Of a stretch of DNA of 64,000 nucleotides, positions 38,755 through 53,700 are shown piece by piece. The notes beneath the pieces were generated by a model that was not told where the DNA came from, made no database searches, and saw only the letters and a program-made list of their open reading frames with translations. The stretch comes from Lytechinus pictus (Eukaryota), in NCBI RefSeq assembly GCF_037042905.1, contig NC_087251.1:15688001-15752000 (forward strand). Reading direction: 5' to 3'. Numbering within the stretch: position 1 is the stretch's first letter; each line of letters starts with the position of its first letter. The position numbers and the translations under genes are program-made.

Positions 38755-41700
38755 TCATGATGCAAACTCAGAGATGAGACGATCGCCGACAACTAGAAGA
38801 GCTTCGAACATCTCTTCAACAGTGAATTGAATCTCCCTTTCGGGGAGCAGGAAGCCATATTTGCCCTCGTCCCTGAGTTCGATCACGTATGTGTACTTGG
38901 CTCCGAGCTCGCCGTACCCCCAATCCTCACTTGCACCAGCTGCTGGATCTGGAGGAAAACAAGATTGTGACAAAATATCAGGCCAAACTTGAAAATATAA
39001 TCCTACATTAGAGGATCAAATATATCGCATAATCGTTATGTATAAAAAAAAAAGTATTGAATTATGCTTTATTTAGTTTTGGATAACAAGGGGAGGTCCA
39101 TACTTGCAGAGTAATGTACAGAGAAAAAAAAAGGGCAAGAAGAGAAAAGTACGGGAATAAAAATGTGGAATCAGTTTGTAATGTTAACTTACAGAAATCA
39201 GGTCCTGATTGTCCAACAAAATAATCCAATCCATGTTTAGCCGTAATAGCATCTTCGGCAGCCAATGCAAGAGATCTCTGTCGAAATAATGAATGCCATA
39301 AGTAAAATAAGTTGTGAGAAATTAAAAATAGATTGGAAAACAGATCAACTCTTCGTATCTTTATTCTTGAATGAGGATTGTGGGCTGTAGCCGCTGTACT
39401 TCTACGAGCTTTGGTTTTTCAAAACCCCCTTAGAGCTATGTTTTACACGCAAATACACCGAGGTTTATTTTTCCATATCTTGAAATTATTTTAATTATTT
39501 TTTTCTTAATAAAATACAACTAATCAAAGTAGAATAATATACTGGAATACATATTCCCATCGAGTTTCACTCTGAATCACTTGTTAATATTCGTTTATGT
39601 TATTTTATAGGCATATTTGATAGTTATATATCAAACCTGCATTATACACCAAACATTTACATACCGCATTTTTTAAAATCACGCTCAAAGTGCTTTAAAT
39701 TACAACAATAAGTAAGCTTCTACTCTCCAAGAGCTTACAATATATTACAAGGGGATATTATTAAGAAAATAAGTAGCTTTTTAACTTTTTAAAAATACTT
39801 ATACTGAAGAACACGAAAGGATGTTGCTGGGCAAAAATCACTGAATTCAAACTCTGATAAAAATACATAGAATTATAAATAAATCAGCTAAGATAAAATC
39901 ACCGACAATCAAAATTTATAAGTTCTTTCCGATTGCCCCTCCCCCCTTTTTTTTGCGAATTGAATCCTCGGCTGAAGTGAGACCGCATAGTGCGAGAAGG
40001 AAAGAGAAGAGGGAAGATATTTACCAGATCGCGTCTGTCTGGGAGGGGGTCAGCTTTGGAAGCCGTGTAACCCCAGGGGTAAAGCCAATACTGCCCGTAG
40101 CTGTGGACATCCAAGAAGAGATGGACACCATTTGTTCTCTGCTTCTCCAGGAGGAAGCTTGATACACCTTGATGTTCTGGTTCGGAGAGTGGTCCGGGAC
40201 CCCTGTAGGTCTCGCTGCAGCTTGCTGAACTTGCTCCCCGACCTGCAAAGTTAATGTGATCAGTCATTGGAACGATATTCACTCAGTCCTCTTCCGTTTT
40301 ATAAGAGATAGATTGATCAAATCAATTTCATAAGACGGAAACCTGTTCTAAAGTCATTGACATGAGAATTACCAAATCATTAAGAAGTTTTTCTTTCTAA
40401 ACGGATGGTGAACATGACTACCACACATGGATTGACGGAGTAGAAATTAGATCAAGAACTTGTCTTTGGGCATGCATTATTGCGGTAATTTTGCCTTATC
40501 ATCACAATGGAAACTTTATTTTGATTGCCGAAGTTCTTAGTGAACATGAGAAAACTGGTCCCTGCACTGCAAAGGAAGACGCTATATTGATGGATGTGGA
40601 TGTGGAGGGTGTACACGCTGCCCCCATTTTCCAAGAGAAACCGTTCCCTAGCATCTCAAAGAAAGGGAAAATAGAGTGAATATAGATACTGCTTGATCCT
40701 TATCAAGCTTCATAGCGAAGTTTGTTCACATAATGTGAAAGTGTGATTCACATCGTTAAAATGGCTTAAATCAAACAGTGCGGAAGTGATTTCACACTGT
40801 GAACATACTGTGCACACTTAAAATGTTGGGCAACATACTGTCCACTGTGTTGGGTAATGTATGTTGGTAAAAAATATATATGGCAATTATTATCCAATTA
40901 AGCAAATTTATTACCCAATAATTAGTTTTTATTACCCAATTTGTCCAGATTTTAACCAATAGTTGTGTAACAGTATGTTGCCAGGGTTGGTTAAAAGTTT
41001 GACATTTTTTGCCCAACTATTTTAAAAGTGTGGGATACACCGTGAGATACATGCACTGTGGGATAAAATCAACAGAGTTTGTTCCAGCACGATTAACTCT
41101 TGGATATCACCAAAAATGTATATTACTCTGTAGTTACTTTATGCCATGGAAGCCTTTATCATGTTTATAGACCTACAGTAAAGTTTCTCCAAAAGAGTGT
41201 TCACCATGCAGGCAACTGCAAATGGAGAATTAATTTTGAAACTGTAAAAATCGTAAAGTAGAATTCGCAATACCATGGTGAACCTTATAACTGAACAGTT
41301 GGTTGTAAAGCTATTTTTTTTACTCTTGTAATTAATTTTGTTTTGTAATAATATTTATTGAATTATTCATATACAATTAATGTCACGAGGTTCCCTCGAA
41401 ATAAGTTGATTCTTTTTAATCAATGTCACTGTCTCTCCACTACAATACCCTATTCAAATACAATAAATACACTGATTGTATACAGTTCACATACCTCCCC
41501 ATTCATATCCATAATTTCTGTTGAGGTCTATTCCTGTACAAACATTCCCATCTGGTTTGCGCCTGTTTTTACGCCACATCCGATCCTGCAGGTTTGATGA
41601 CAGAAAATAATATTGAATAATGATATTGGAGAAGTATTGGGGATTTAAAGATAGATAGGTAGGTAGGTAGGTAGGTAGGTAGAGAGAGAGAGAGAGAGAG

Positions 41701-44700
41701 AGAGTGATAGATGGGGAGGGGGGGAGACCGATCTGATATATATATAAATATAATGAGGTGAAGCATCAATAGTAATGAGAGAAAGAGTCAGAGCACATTA
41801 AGAGAGGGACTAAGTGAGGGGGGGGGGGTGCCAGTATAGAATCCTTATAGTGGGATGATTGAAAATTAAATACACTGTTCAAGAGTCTTGGATGTGAACT
41901 AAGCATAATTATACATAATATGGATCACGACTCACGAGTACAACATATCATTGGTGGTGAAATTAAACGTAACCAAAATATCTGTTTAAATTCCGTATAC
42001 TTCATAGTAATAGAATGGCAACGACTTATCATTCATGAATTCTTGAATGACCATGGTTTGTTTTTAATAAGATACCCATAATTGATCTGAATAGAAGCTA
42101 AAGGATCATATTAGTCCAGCGGCATAACAGGGGTCGGTAGCCAGGGGGGGCAAGAGCCAAAAATTTCCCGGTCATATCATGGTATGAACAGGCGTAATGG
42201 TGTAATGAGGTGACTATTTTGAGAAGGCCAGAATACATCTTTAAAAAAAGTTGCGAGCGAGCGAAGCGAGCGAGCAAAATTTTTCACCTTTTTAATACAA
42301 AAATCAAATTTTGTGATAGATTTTGACATGATATCCAAAGAATAATATAATTAATTCTTCTCTCTTTAGATTCCTTTTTTGTCACGGTGGTCTGTACGCC
42401 ACTGTGAACAGGATTCTTTGCGGCAGTAGCGTGAAGAGTAAAAAACAAAACAAAAAAACAACGAGGGGCGCAGTATAGCACATGTGCTAAAAAGCTGCTT
42501 TATATATAAGTCCCGAGCGAGCGAAGCGAGCGAGAAAAAAATCAACGTTTCATGAGAATCTAACTTTGAGCTATTTTTTGACATTATTTTCAGTAATTAA
42601 AATCATATCCTACAATTTTCCTTTGCTTTTCTTTCCTCCTTTTTTTTTGTTGTCTGTAGAACTTTTTGGGGCCATGGCCCAACCCTTCCATACGCGTTTG
42701 GGGTCCGGGGCGGAGCCCCCGGAACTTCTTGATATCAAAGCCACTTAAACCTCGCAGATTTCCGCAATTTTAGTCAAATCGCGGGCATATACAGAATATA
42801 GCTTTTACACAACACATTTATTAAACCCAGTTGCATAATGAACCAAATATTTTGAGGGGGCAAAACATAGCAATGTGGGAAAATTTTGTAAAAAGTCGCC
42901 AGCGTGCAAAGCGAGCTGGAAAAAATTGCCTACTGAAATTAAATTCTAATTATGTGATAGATTTTTCCATTATATTCAACAAATAACACATTTCATTGTT
43001 TCCATTCATTTCAATATACGTTGTATCCTATAAATTTTTTCATTTCCTCTTGGGTGTGGAACCACGACCCCCCCCCTCCTGTATGCCAGTGATTGAACGG
43101 GGGCGTTATAGAGCCATTTGAAGGTTATAGATGAAGAGCCCCCTACTGCGTGGGGTCTGGGGCAAAGCCCCGGTAGCTAATTTGCATAAAATTTAGCAAG
43201 CTTATAGCACAATGTTGTATGCAGTCCATCTTTCTTCCCGCTTTTTAATTTCAATCATTGGCAGCCCGGTCGTGTTTTTTTTTTTCTTGTCCCTTTTCTT
43301 TGTTTTCCAATTTAGCTTTTGAATAATTACATTCTACCTTCGTTTCCCGCTATTGTTTGCCATTTTGCCATCTTTAAATTTATTTCCCACCGTGCTATTG
43401 CATTATATAGGCCTATTTCTCAATGATTTGTTCTTTCTCAAATGTTCTTCTTTCGTACATTTTCCCGCTTTCCTTCATTTCCCATTAAAAAAGTTTTTTC
43501 TTCGTTTTCTTTTCACTTTTCTCTTTCCCTTTCCTCCTTTCCTTTTCCCCTTTCCTTCCCCTTTCCCTTTTTTTCTCCCTCCTTTTTTTCTTTTTCCCGT
43601 TTTTCTTTTATTTTTCCGGTGAAATCCGCAAGGGGGGGCAACTTGCCCCCCCCTGCCCCCCCGCCTGTTACGCCACTGTATTAGTCCATTATCAATTTAG
43701 CTCTTCAGTGAAAACAATTACTGGCAATAAGATTGAATGACAATACCGATGAATGTCTGCCAAATGTCATAATTGCCTCGAGCGCGTAGATCATTAGGTG
43801 TAATTCCATACGATAACGAGAGCAGTGACATCGGTCTTTTATAGTCTTGAAATTGAATGGAATACCACGGTACATGTATATATATCTAAAGCTTAATAAT
43901 AAATTACTAATTCAAATCCACAAATTGAACTATAAAGATTATCAATACTGCAATTTTCGCTGATATAACCAAGAACTTAAAATAAGTACTGATTATTTAG
44001 AAAATTAAAAAAATAAATAAAAAAGACGCCAATATTTTTCAGCAAGAAGGAGGAGAGAGGGAGATAGATCTCGAAAGATTTTCATAAATTTATAGAAAAT
44101 ACTCATTGGCGATGAGGGTTCGAATGAAAGGGTTGGCCAATGTTGTGATATATAATGGTTTACCTAAAAATACATTTAACCTGTTTAAAAAAAAGTAGAA
44201 GCAATACCTTTCTTTAAATAAAATGGGTTTCCTTGAGTTGAAGTAGGAAAATAATGAAAGTCGTCGATGAGAGAGAGCGAGATATAAAGGAAGAAGAAGA
44301 AGAAGGAGAAGAGATGAAGATGAAAGTCATTATAAAATGATACTTTTACTGATAATGGTGAGCTTCATTAACATCATCACCACCATCATCATCACCCTCA
44401 CCGGCATATGAAAAAAAAAGAAAATATAGCTCATAATACGCTTTTCTATACGACACTTTCTTTATACCAGGACTTACGAAAACACTTATCTTGACTCTCT
44501 CATATTACAAACTAATTTGTCATGAAGTTAAATCTTAACCTGTAGTTGAAGTTTGACCTAGTTAAAATTACTAGATCAGGGATTAGCTGGTGCATATAAT
44601 GTATCTTATATCTTAATATATTCTAAGAAAGTATTGCATTCTAGTCAAATAAAAAGGGGTGGAGAAGTGTAAGAAAAAGTGAAGATGACGAAAAGAAATA

Positions 44701-47700
44701 GAATTAGAAATAAATTTAGAAAACCGCGAGAACAAGAGACCAGAACAAATGCATAAATGAAAAGAAGAAAACCAATTAAAACAAAAGCATCGTTGCCAGA
44801 AATGAATATTGATTCTTATTAGTAGGGACCCGAAAAAAAAACAAATTTCACTTACATTTGTCCATGTGTATAAGTATCCATCGGGGTTCAAAACAGGAAC
44901 AATATACCAATCAAATTTATCCAACATTGCTTTCACCTTATCACTCGTCGTGTATCCATCGATAAGCTGAAAATAAATCAATTAAAATGGGAGAATTAAG
45001 GGAATGTACGATACGAATTAAGCCGTTCATATCTAAACTTTCACAAAATTTGTTATGGCAAAATCACTACAACAACATACCTTTAAATTTGTTATCTTTT
45101 GAGTAAAAATGTGTAAACTTTATTACGATTGTATAATATGTTTTGCACAACCAATCGTAATTTCAAACTTTGGAGTTTGATAATGATATACAGTACATTA
45201 TACAATATTTGTCTCACATTTCGTCTGTTAACCTCCTTATTCTCTGAAAATCTATCTATAAATCTACATATACTATAATATAGACCTATATTATCTTATT
45301 CCCTCATTCTCTCTTTCTTTTTCTATCCTCATCGGTCGATGGGGAGGAAGGGGGGAGGGTGCTCTTTATCCATAACACTCCCTATTTAGGATCGCTGTCA
45401 TAGAAATCATTGATCATTGAAGCGGTCCTGAAGATCAGTGGTTCTGATGCATAGCGAACTTGATCCTGCCAATCTATCTGATGAAAAATGATGCGATCCC
45501 ATGGGCACCGACACTATTTTCTTAAAAAGAAATGTGAACCGAGTGACTACAGGTCTTTGACTTATGATAATACATTTAAATAATAATTATATTCATCTTC
45601 ATGTCTCTTCTTTTTATTTTTCGAATATTTAAATTTAATATGTGACTCACCTTCTTGGCAAGTCCCATCATGGTAGCAGGACTAATCCATTCTCGAGCAT
45701 GGATACCACCTTGGATGTAGGCTATAGGCTTGTTGTCTTGGTTACCGGGTGAGCCGATCTAGATGGGGTGCGAGATGCAGTCAATGTTATCAAGCTTGTT
45801 AGGTACAGTGATATGTTTTGAAAGCACATGCATTTACTCTATAGATCTGTGGTGCAGTTGATAATTCTGACTCTCGCCTAGTCATCAGAGGGTCGTGTGT
45901 TCGAATCCCGTACCGCGGCGAAGTGTCCTCAGTTTGCCAAGGTGACGATCAACAAGTCTTAACCCAGGTGTAATTTTTAGGCCTATACCTTGTAGGATGG
46001 GAAAGCTTATGTAGCATGCCTTGTTGGAAGCTATTATTGGAATGCTCCCAGAGAGTGGAGAAAGTGCAATGTGTGTGAGATAATATTTAGATACACTAAT
46101 GACACTACGAAGGAATTTTTTTTTCATACTTCGTCAGACTGAAACTGTTAAATTCCTTTTGGCATTGCATCCAGACACATTCCGATTGGATCTCAATTTA
46201 TAAGTACTAATGTCATGAAGTCAGTTTCATTGTAATTTTGGTAGAGCGGATTTATTGTATCAAATATTTCGTTTAACTTGATTCTTGCCGCCAAACTGAA
46301 TATAAAATTATATAGAAAAATAAAAATTGCGGTAACTTCATTGGTTTTATCCTTTTTTATTTGTAAAGTGTTATGTGGAAAGTTTGAATACTGATAAAGT
46401 AGATGCAGTTAGGTAAACAATATAGGTATATGTTGAATGTAGAGGGATAAGATCCTCGTTCAAGTTTCAAGCGCATTTTCATTGTAATCAAATTTAATGA
46501 AATTATCCAAACTTGGATGAGAATGCAAACTGGCTTCATTATTGCAGTAAAATTATACAACAGATGATTGAGATGAGTAGGGGAAATCCCCGTTGTAAAT
46601 TGATCCACCTGAAGATATAGCCAAATTGAATACAATCATGACCAGAAGGAGAAGCGAGAAAGGCAATGTGATTTAGGTTGCCCTACCCCCTCAAGGCAAG
46701 CCACACATATACTTCACCTACAACCAGACAATGCAATTAGCTGTTGGAGGTTGTCGTGTTGAATCTTGAAGGCGGGGGCGGGTGTAGCAACATTTTTTCT
46801 TATGTATAATCATTTCATGAATGATACTGAGGGATGGATCTGAATATTAAACTGAAAGTTTGATGCATACTGTTTTGGTTTTATGCATAAGTTTAGTTTG
46901 ACTTTGAATGTTTTTATTACACTTTTAGGGATGGGGGATAATGGTAATGAAATTCTACAGTCTTTAGTATTATTATTTGCCATTCGTTATTCTGGAGATA
47001 TTAAAAGACAAGTCCACCCCAACAAAAAGTTGATTTGAATAAAAAGAGCAAAATCCAACAAGCATAACAATAAAAATTTCATCAAAATCGGATGAAAAAT
47101 ATCAAAAGAAAGTTATGACATTTTTATATTCACATCCTGGTCGGTATGCAAATAAGGAGACTGATGATGTTATCCACTCACTATTTCTTTTGTATTCTAT
47201 TTTAGGAAATATGAAATATTTTAATTTTCTCCTTATTGTCATTTGAAACAATGATTAATTCCGCCCTGAACATGTTGAATTAGCCATGTTTTTGTTCAGT
47301 CAATTTGGTCCTAATTGTCAAATATGTACAAAAATGAAATATTGTATAATTCAAACAATAAAAAAAAAGAAATAGTGAGTGAAGGACATCATCGACTGTC
47401 TCATTTGCATGTCACTGAATTGTGCATGTCACTGTTTTGTCAAAAATGAGCGAAACTTTAAAATGTTATAACTTTCCTTTTTTCATCCGATTTTGATGAA
47501 ATTTTTAGTGTTTTGCTAATTTGATTTTCTCCATTTATTCAAATCAACATTTTTCTGGGATAGACCTGACCTTTAAAAAGCCAGCTAACCGTATTTTAGT
47601 GTCGTTGGTAAAATGGCGAACGACATAATACCACATTACAAATTTAGCATTTTAGCGTAGGATGGCAAATAAAGCTATATGTTTAAATAACCTTGAAAAT

Positions 47701-50700
47701 CTTAAATAAATAAATTAATTACCAACCTCAATTTCATGATAAACTTATTTAGACCAGGAGTGAATATTCATGATATTCTATATATATATGTCTGGAATTG
47801 GGCTTATTGGATTTTAAATCCAATGATAAACTAATCAATTATACAGGGGAATGATATTCCCTGTATAATTGATTAGTTTATGACACATAGGATTCCAGAC
47901 CGGTTTCCTTGGTGCCCAAGGGTTGCGTATAAGGTTTAAGCCTATATATATTTTTTACTGCATCATTGTGATACAGTATGTTTATATGCTGTTGTTTGGC
48001 CTTTTTGTACTGTTTATTTCACTGTCTTTTGTATTTGTTTCTGTTGTCATTTATCTATTTTTATGATGGCAGGTGACGATATACATCTTCACTCTCATAA
48101 AATGAAACATATATATTAAAAATGACAGCCCGTGCAGAGTTACATAAAGTGTTTTCCGGAATTTCCATTACCTTTATAGCTGTAACTGGACGCCCTTCAT
48201 GTGATGTTGAAAGTTGCTCCTGGGTCGCTATCGTGTAATGTTCATTCGCTGTATCCGTTATCCATTTATAAATCTGGTGGAATAACAAAAATTAAGAATC
48301 CAATACGCGGTAAGAGATACTCTGGTTCTGATCGCCTCATTTCCCAGATTTTTTGCTATCTTAATTAAAATGTAATGAAACCCAAAGGCTTTTTTGCTAT
48401 ATCTCAAACACGAATTTCTTAGAGAAGTTGGGAAGAAAAGAAGGAGACAGAAAGAGAGTGATGGAGAAAGGGGAGGAGTGATAGCTCAAGAAATTAATAG
48501 AGAGGGGGTAGAGAGGGGGAGAGAGTGGGTGGAGATTGGGAGGGAGCACGGTGAGGTAAAACGTTGAACTCGGTTTTGTCATCCAGCAATCCATTTTATA
48601 GCTGTTAGATAGCTACAACACACAAACACAATGTAATATGTAGACGTTGCTATATCACATCATCATTATTGATTTTTTTGGGGGGGGGACTGGGGAGGTA
48701 AGGGAGGGCATTTAATAAATGAATATACACACATAATCATAAATGAATTTGATAATAAGATCTGAATGAATATGATTAAATTAACATGATGAATAGTTAG
48801 TTACAAACATACAACTATGTATAAAAACGAATAAATAAAATGATAAATGTAGTAAACCAATCAATAATTGGATTTATAAATGTCTGAAAAGGAGATATCA
48901 TGAGGCAGATAAACTTGAAAAGACAAATAACTAAAATGCATTAATAATATGTAACTCACATCTTCCAGCGTATGATAGACTGAGTAATCAAACTCATCAT
49001 TTTCAATTTTGATTTTAGTGCTTCGTTTTCTTCTGGAAACTGCCTCTGCTTCCGCCTTTACAAGCTCTTGGACATCACCGATCTGAAAGGACCATTAAGA
49101 TGAAAGGTTGAAAGGAGCTGTTATCATATTATCTTCAAGTCTTAAAGTACGATTGTTACGACTACAACATTGGTAACATTGGTGTTACCAACAACAAATT
49201 ACTATTAGCAATACGTTGACTACTACATACTGCTCTGTCACAGCTATCACCAACTCCATCGATTCTATCACAACCATTACCACCACAGCCTCCACTACCA
49301 CCACATCATTATTATTGTCATAAATGTAATCTTTATCACCAATATCGTTCATTATTGTCATCATCATCATCATCCTAATCATGTTAATCGTCACCATTAT
49401 CAGCATGATTATAATTTCCATTATCATCATCATCATCACCCCCACCACCATCATCATCATCACTTTCATCATCATCACTTTCATCATCATCACCTTCATC
49501 ATCATCATCGTCGTCGTCATCATCATCGTCTTCATCATCATCATCCATGGTGTCCATACGAAATTACGTTTGTCACCAATGACGCAAAAGTCACCAAATT
49601 AGCGTTTCCTTATTTAGGCAGAAATCTTACATCAATGTCAGACTAATAAACTAAACATAAATAAAGTGTCTCAAAAACCTTCGGAAAGCGTTAAAGCAAA
49701 TTCGGCGCAGGTGTTTTTATTCTTAGTGATAATTTTGATAAAGCATTACCTAAAAATATTGAGTGATTACCATGGGAACTGTAACACCTGTTGATTTGTG
49801 CATCTACTTATTTCTTTTATCCTGGATTATACTTAAATGATAATATGAACTGCATGGTTGATATAGATTAAAACAAAAACACCAGTGGCATAATCTCCAG
49901 ATATAAACGTTGGAATTCCCTTAAGTGAAATCCTAAAATCATATTATGTGTTTAGAACCCTTAATTTAAAATGAATAGTATAAAACTACGCTCAAAGAAA
50001 AAAATATTAGAACAGGAGATTAATTTATCTGCATTTGTGTTTTTTCTACTACTTATAGACTACATGCACCATATTATCTTTTTTTTTAATGAAAATTTCC
50101 TTGTTTATGACAGTTTCCTTGTTTTTATTATATTAAATATTTGGCATTTAGCACATGTACTTTTCTTATTAATGAGAAGAATAAATGGGAAAAATAATGA
50201 GTGAAATGAATATGAATGAGAAGAATAAGTAAATGAAAATTTAAAAAATAAACTGAATTAATTGAGGAGTAGAAGAAAAAAAAATGCGCGGCCGAGAAAG
50301 AAAATTGTTATGAGCGAGAAAGAAAATTGTTATGAGCGGGAAAGAAAATGAATCAGTTATTGTGAGGAAGGTGAATCTAAGAAAATCTGCCGCATATACA
50401 TTTTCAAGAAATATATATATACGCATTATTTTTAGAAGAAAAAAAACGACCCCTGAACATAATAATAAAAAAAATCACATATCATCACAATCATCTCGTC
50501 TCTAAAATGCACAGAGAATTTCTTAAAAAAAAGTAAATGTTCCAACAATGTTTACCCCCTTCCTTTCATAAGAACACATGCTTGTACAACGACTATATGA
50601 CAACGGCTATTTCTCGACCGGTCCGGTTCACTCATGGGTAAGCCAAATGGGTAAGGTTACCATTTAATAGCAGTAATTAACTTATTGATTGGCTTATTTA

Positions 50701-53700
50701 GTTATTTATTCAGTTACTCATTTTAGTTACACATTACATTCTTCATTTGATCACTATTCATCTTTGAAAATAGGCCTCATGCTTAGGCATTTGATATATA
50801 TTAATAATTGAATGATTATTAGATTAAGATGATAATTTCGTAATTGATTAAGCATTCAATAATGTATTCTTTTAAGTGTTCAAGCATAAATAACTCAATT
50901 AATTCAATGATCAATTAATCCAAAGTTAAGTAATGAATCAATTTAAGAGATGAACTTTATGAATTAATTAATTCTTTCGTTTGCTTCCTGTATTGGTTAA
51001 TTTAAACATTTTAATATATTCATTTGTGTATTTTAAATTTTCCAACCTGAGTCGCACATTAAAAAAGTATTGAGCTGTAGTAAATTTCTTTCTCTCAAAT
51101 ACAATCAGTGGGGGTCAGATACACCGACCGCCCCCTTCCGGTGCTTTTCAATGTATGAAGATATACCTGGAATTAACTGTGGTTCTAATTTGAGTTTCAC
51201 TATCAGATGTGGAAAATAAACTCAGAAAGTGCAAATATCTGCATTAATAATTAAAATATTGAGAATAAAAGGTGAACAAAATTAATGGTAGAGACAACTG
51301 TTAATGAATATCGTGATGAGTCTAGTCTGATTTTCAGCCATCCAAGTTCAAAGTCTCATTTGTCCCATACAAAAAAAAAATGATTGTCTGCGTAAGGATT
51401 GCATTTCTTCCTTTTCATATTTAAGTTTTTCCCAAACTTTTGCCCTCTTTCCCTTTTCACACTTTCTTTTCTTTGAATAGAAAACTAGTTAAATGATAGA
51501 CAATTTTATCTGGATAACGTAATAATAAAACAACACTACTGTATTCAAAATTGATATTATTGACTACGCCAGGTATGGAAACATAATCTGCCAAAAATAA
51601 TGATATACAAAGGAACAGCCTGTTAAATCATAACGAGAACGGCCGTCAGACACAATGAAACATGATATTATCAACTGTCAGTTCAAATTATACTCTTAGG
51701 AAAACATATAAAATGTGTAGTGTCTGATTAAAAAAAAAATTGAAGGCTGTAATACAAAAAAAAATAATAAGCCAAAAAGCGCAATTCATGTGAATGACGA
51801 CGTCATTGCCAAGGTTTATTTCCAATTCGTCTAATGCCAATTCTTCCAATTGCCAACTCCCGTCTACTATCATTTGGTCTACCATCAGTTCGTCCACTCA
51901 CCATATGGTCTACTTTCATTCATTTAGTCCAATGCCATTTGGTCTAATTAAACTAAAGTGTTAATTAGGCAAAATGAAGGAAAAGAAAATGAGTATTAGA
52001 CCAACTGGTTATTAGACGAAATGGTAATAGACGAACTGGTGATTAGACGAAGTGATGATTTTTACCAAATGGTTATTGGTCCAAATGGTTGTTAGACGAA
52101 ATGTTGATGGACGGAATGGCATTAGACTAAATGAAGGTAGACCATGTGGTGAATGAACGAGTTGGCAGTGGACGAATTGGCAATTTACCATTGCCGATAT
52201 CGAATTGATTTTAGGATTGTTAACAGACTGATGAGGCACTTGCGAGATTTGTAAATGTGTTTTCAAGAAATAAGCAGATTCGAAAATATTCAGTTCGGAT
52301 TCATTGCAAAATACTTTGTTTAGATGACACCGTTTACCAGTCAATTTAGAAAATAATGGCAAATTATAAAGATAACCAAATCTATTGGGCATTATTGTAC
52401 ATAACCGCCCCTAAGGAAAATCAATAGAAATAACCCAAATAAAAATGTGATTTCTATTTAGGAAGTACATATATAGGGAAAGAGGGCATCTGAGGAATGG
52501 AGAGAAAAAAGGAGACAAAAAGAATGAAGAGCGGGAGAAAAAAGAAAGAAAGAAAGACGGATTATGAAAGTGAAAATTGTTTGTATGTGTTTTGGTGTTT
52601 GGGTGTGTCGGTGTGAGAGAGATAGGGTAGGGAGAGATGAGAGAGAGAAAGATAAAAGGGGAAGGGGGTTGATAGGGGAGGGGTAAGGGGAGAGGGTGGG
52701 ATGGGGTAGTAGATGGGACAGGGACATAGAGGGTGAGAGTGGGAAACAGAAATAAGGGTATTAGCATCACCAGGGGGAAATAAGAAGCGAATGAAGAGAG
52801 GATGAGAAAAAAAATCGATACCGAAAAAACAGAGAAGTGAGAGAAAATAAAAGGAGAAAGAGAGAGAAGACAAAGCGTTAACTCGATAATATGTATTATA
52901 AAAAACCAACATTGTATGTCCACATTGTAATTTTACATTTCCACAATGTAATTGCAATCCATCCACTGTAAAATGAATCTCCTTTGCGGAAAATTATTGT
53001 ATTTTATTCCATCCAATTTTTAACGGTGAGAAAAGAAGTGGAAACAGGATGAAAGTGACAAATATATAGAAAGAGAGAGAGAGAGAGAAGAAGAATGCGA
53101 AGATCGATATACTTAGCATCAAATCGTGATCAGAAGAGTGTGAGAGATACAAGATAGACAGAGGAGTAAAATCGTCAAACTGGATTCTAATCAACTCTTA
53201 ACTTGTCACTCGATTAGTTAGGAAGTAAATCAGTTGATATCCACTGACAGACGGATACATCCGACTGCGAAAGGTAGCTAGCCTCTTCAGGACATACTTA
53301 ATGTGTCTGTATTCTTAAAGCGATGGCATCTTTAATCGAGATGCCCCAAATAATGATCGTCAAAACTTGTAACTTTTGGCAGTTTGTAATGAAAAGTAAT
53401 TCCATTCGTGACGCGAGCTTTTCCATGCTGACTGCCCGACAGATCTCTCTTTTTTTTTGTTTCAGGATGAATATGATTTATAAAGAAATTGTTAAAATCG
53501 TTTTTTTTTTTGGGGGGGCCATTACAAAAAGTAATAGACAAGTCCCGCAAGCGTATGTTTATTAATAACCTGTCACGAGAAGAAAGATGTTTTTAAACAT
53601 AAGACAAACTAATAAAGACATCGTCTTACACCAATACATAGGTCCACTGTATTACCCCCATTCTAATTCTCAGACAAAATCACACCTATAACCTACAACC

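Noticed and set aside
49185..49602. Met-rich / Ile-rich ORFs
   Set aside because: Translations of a (CAT)n microsatellite.
52411..52966. Hydrophobic 170/134-aa ORFs (also 25319-25546, 43353-43684)
   Set aside because: Artefacts of purine/pyrimidine-skewed low-complexity DNA.
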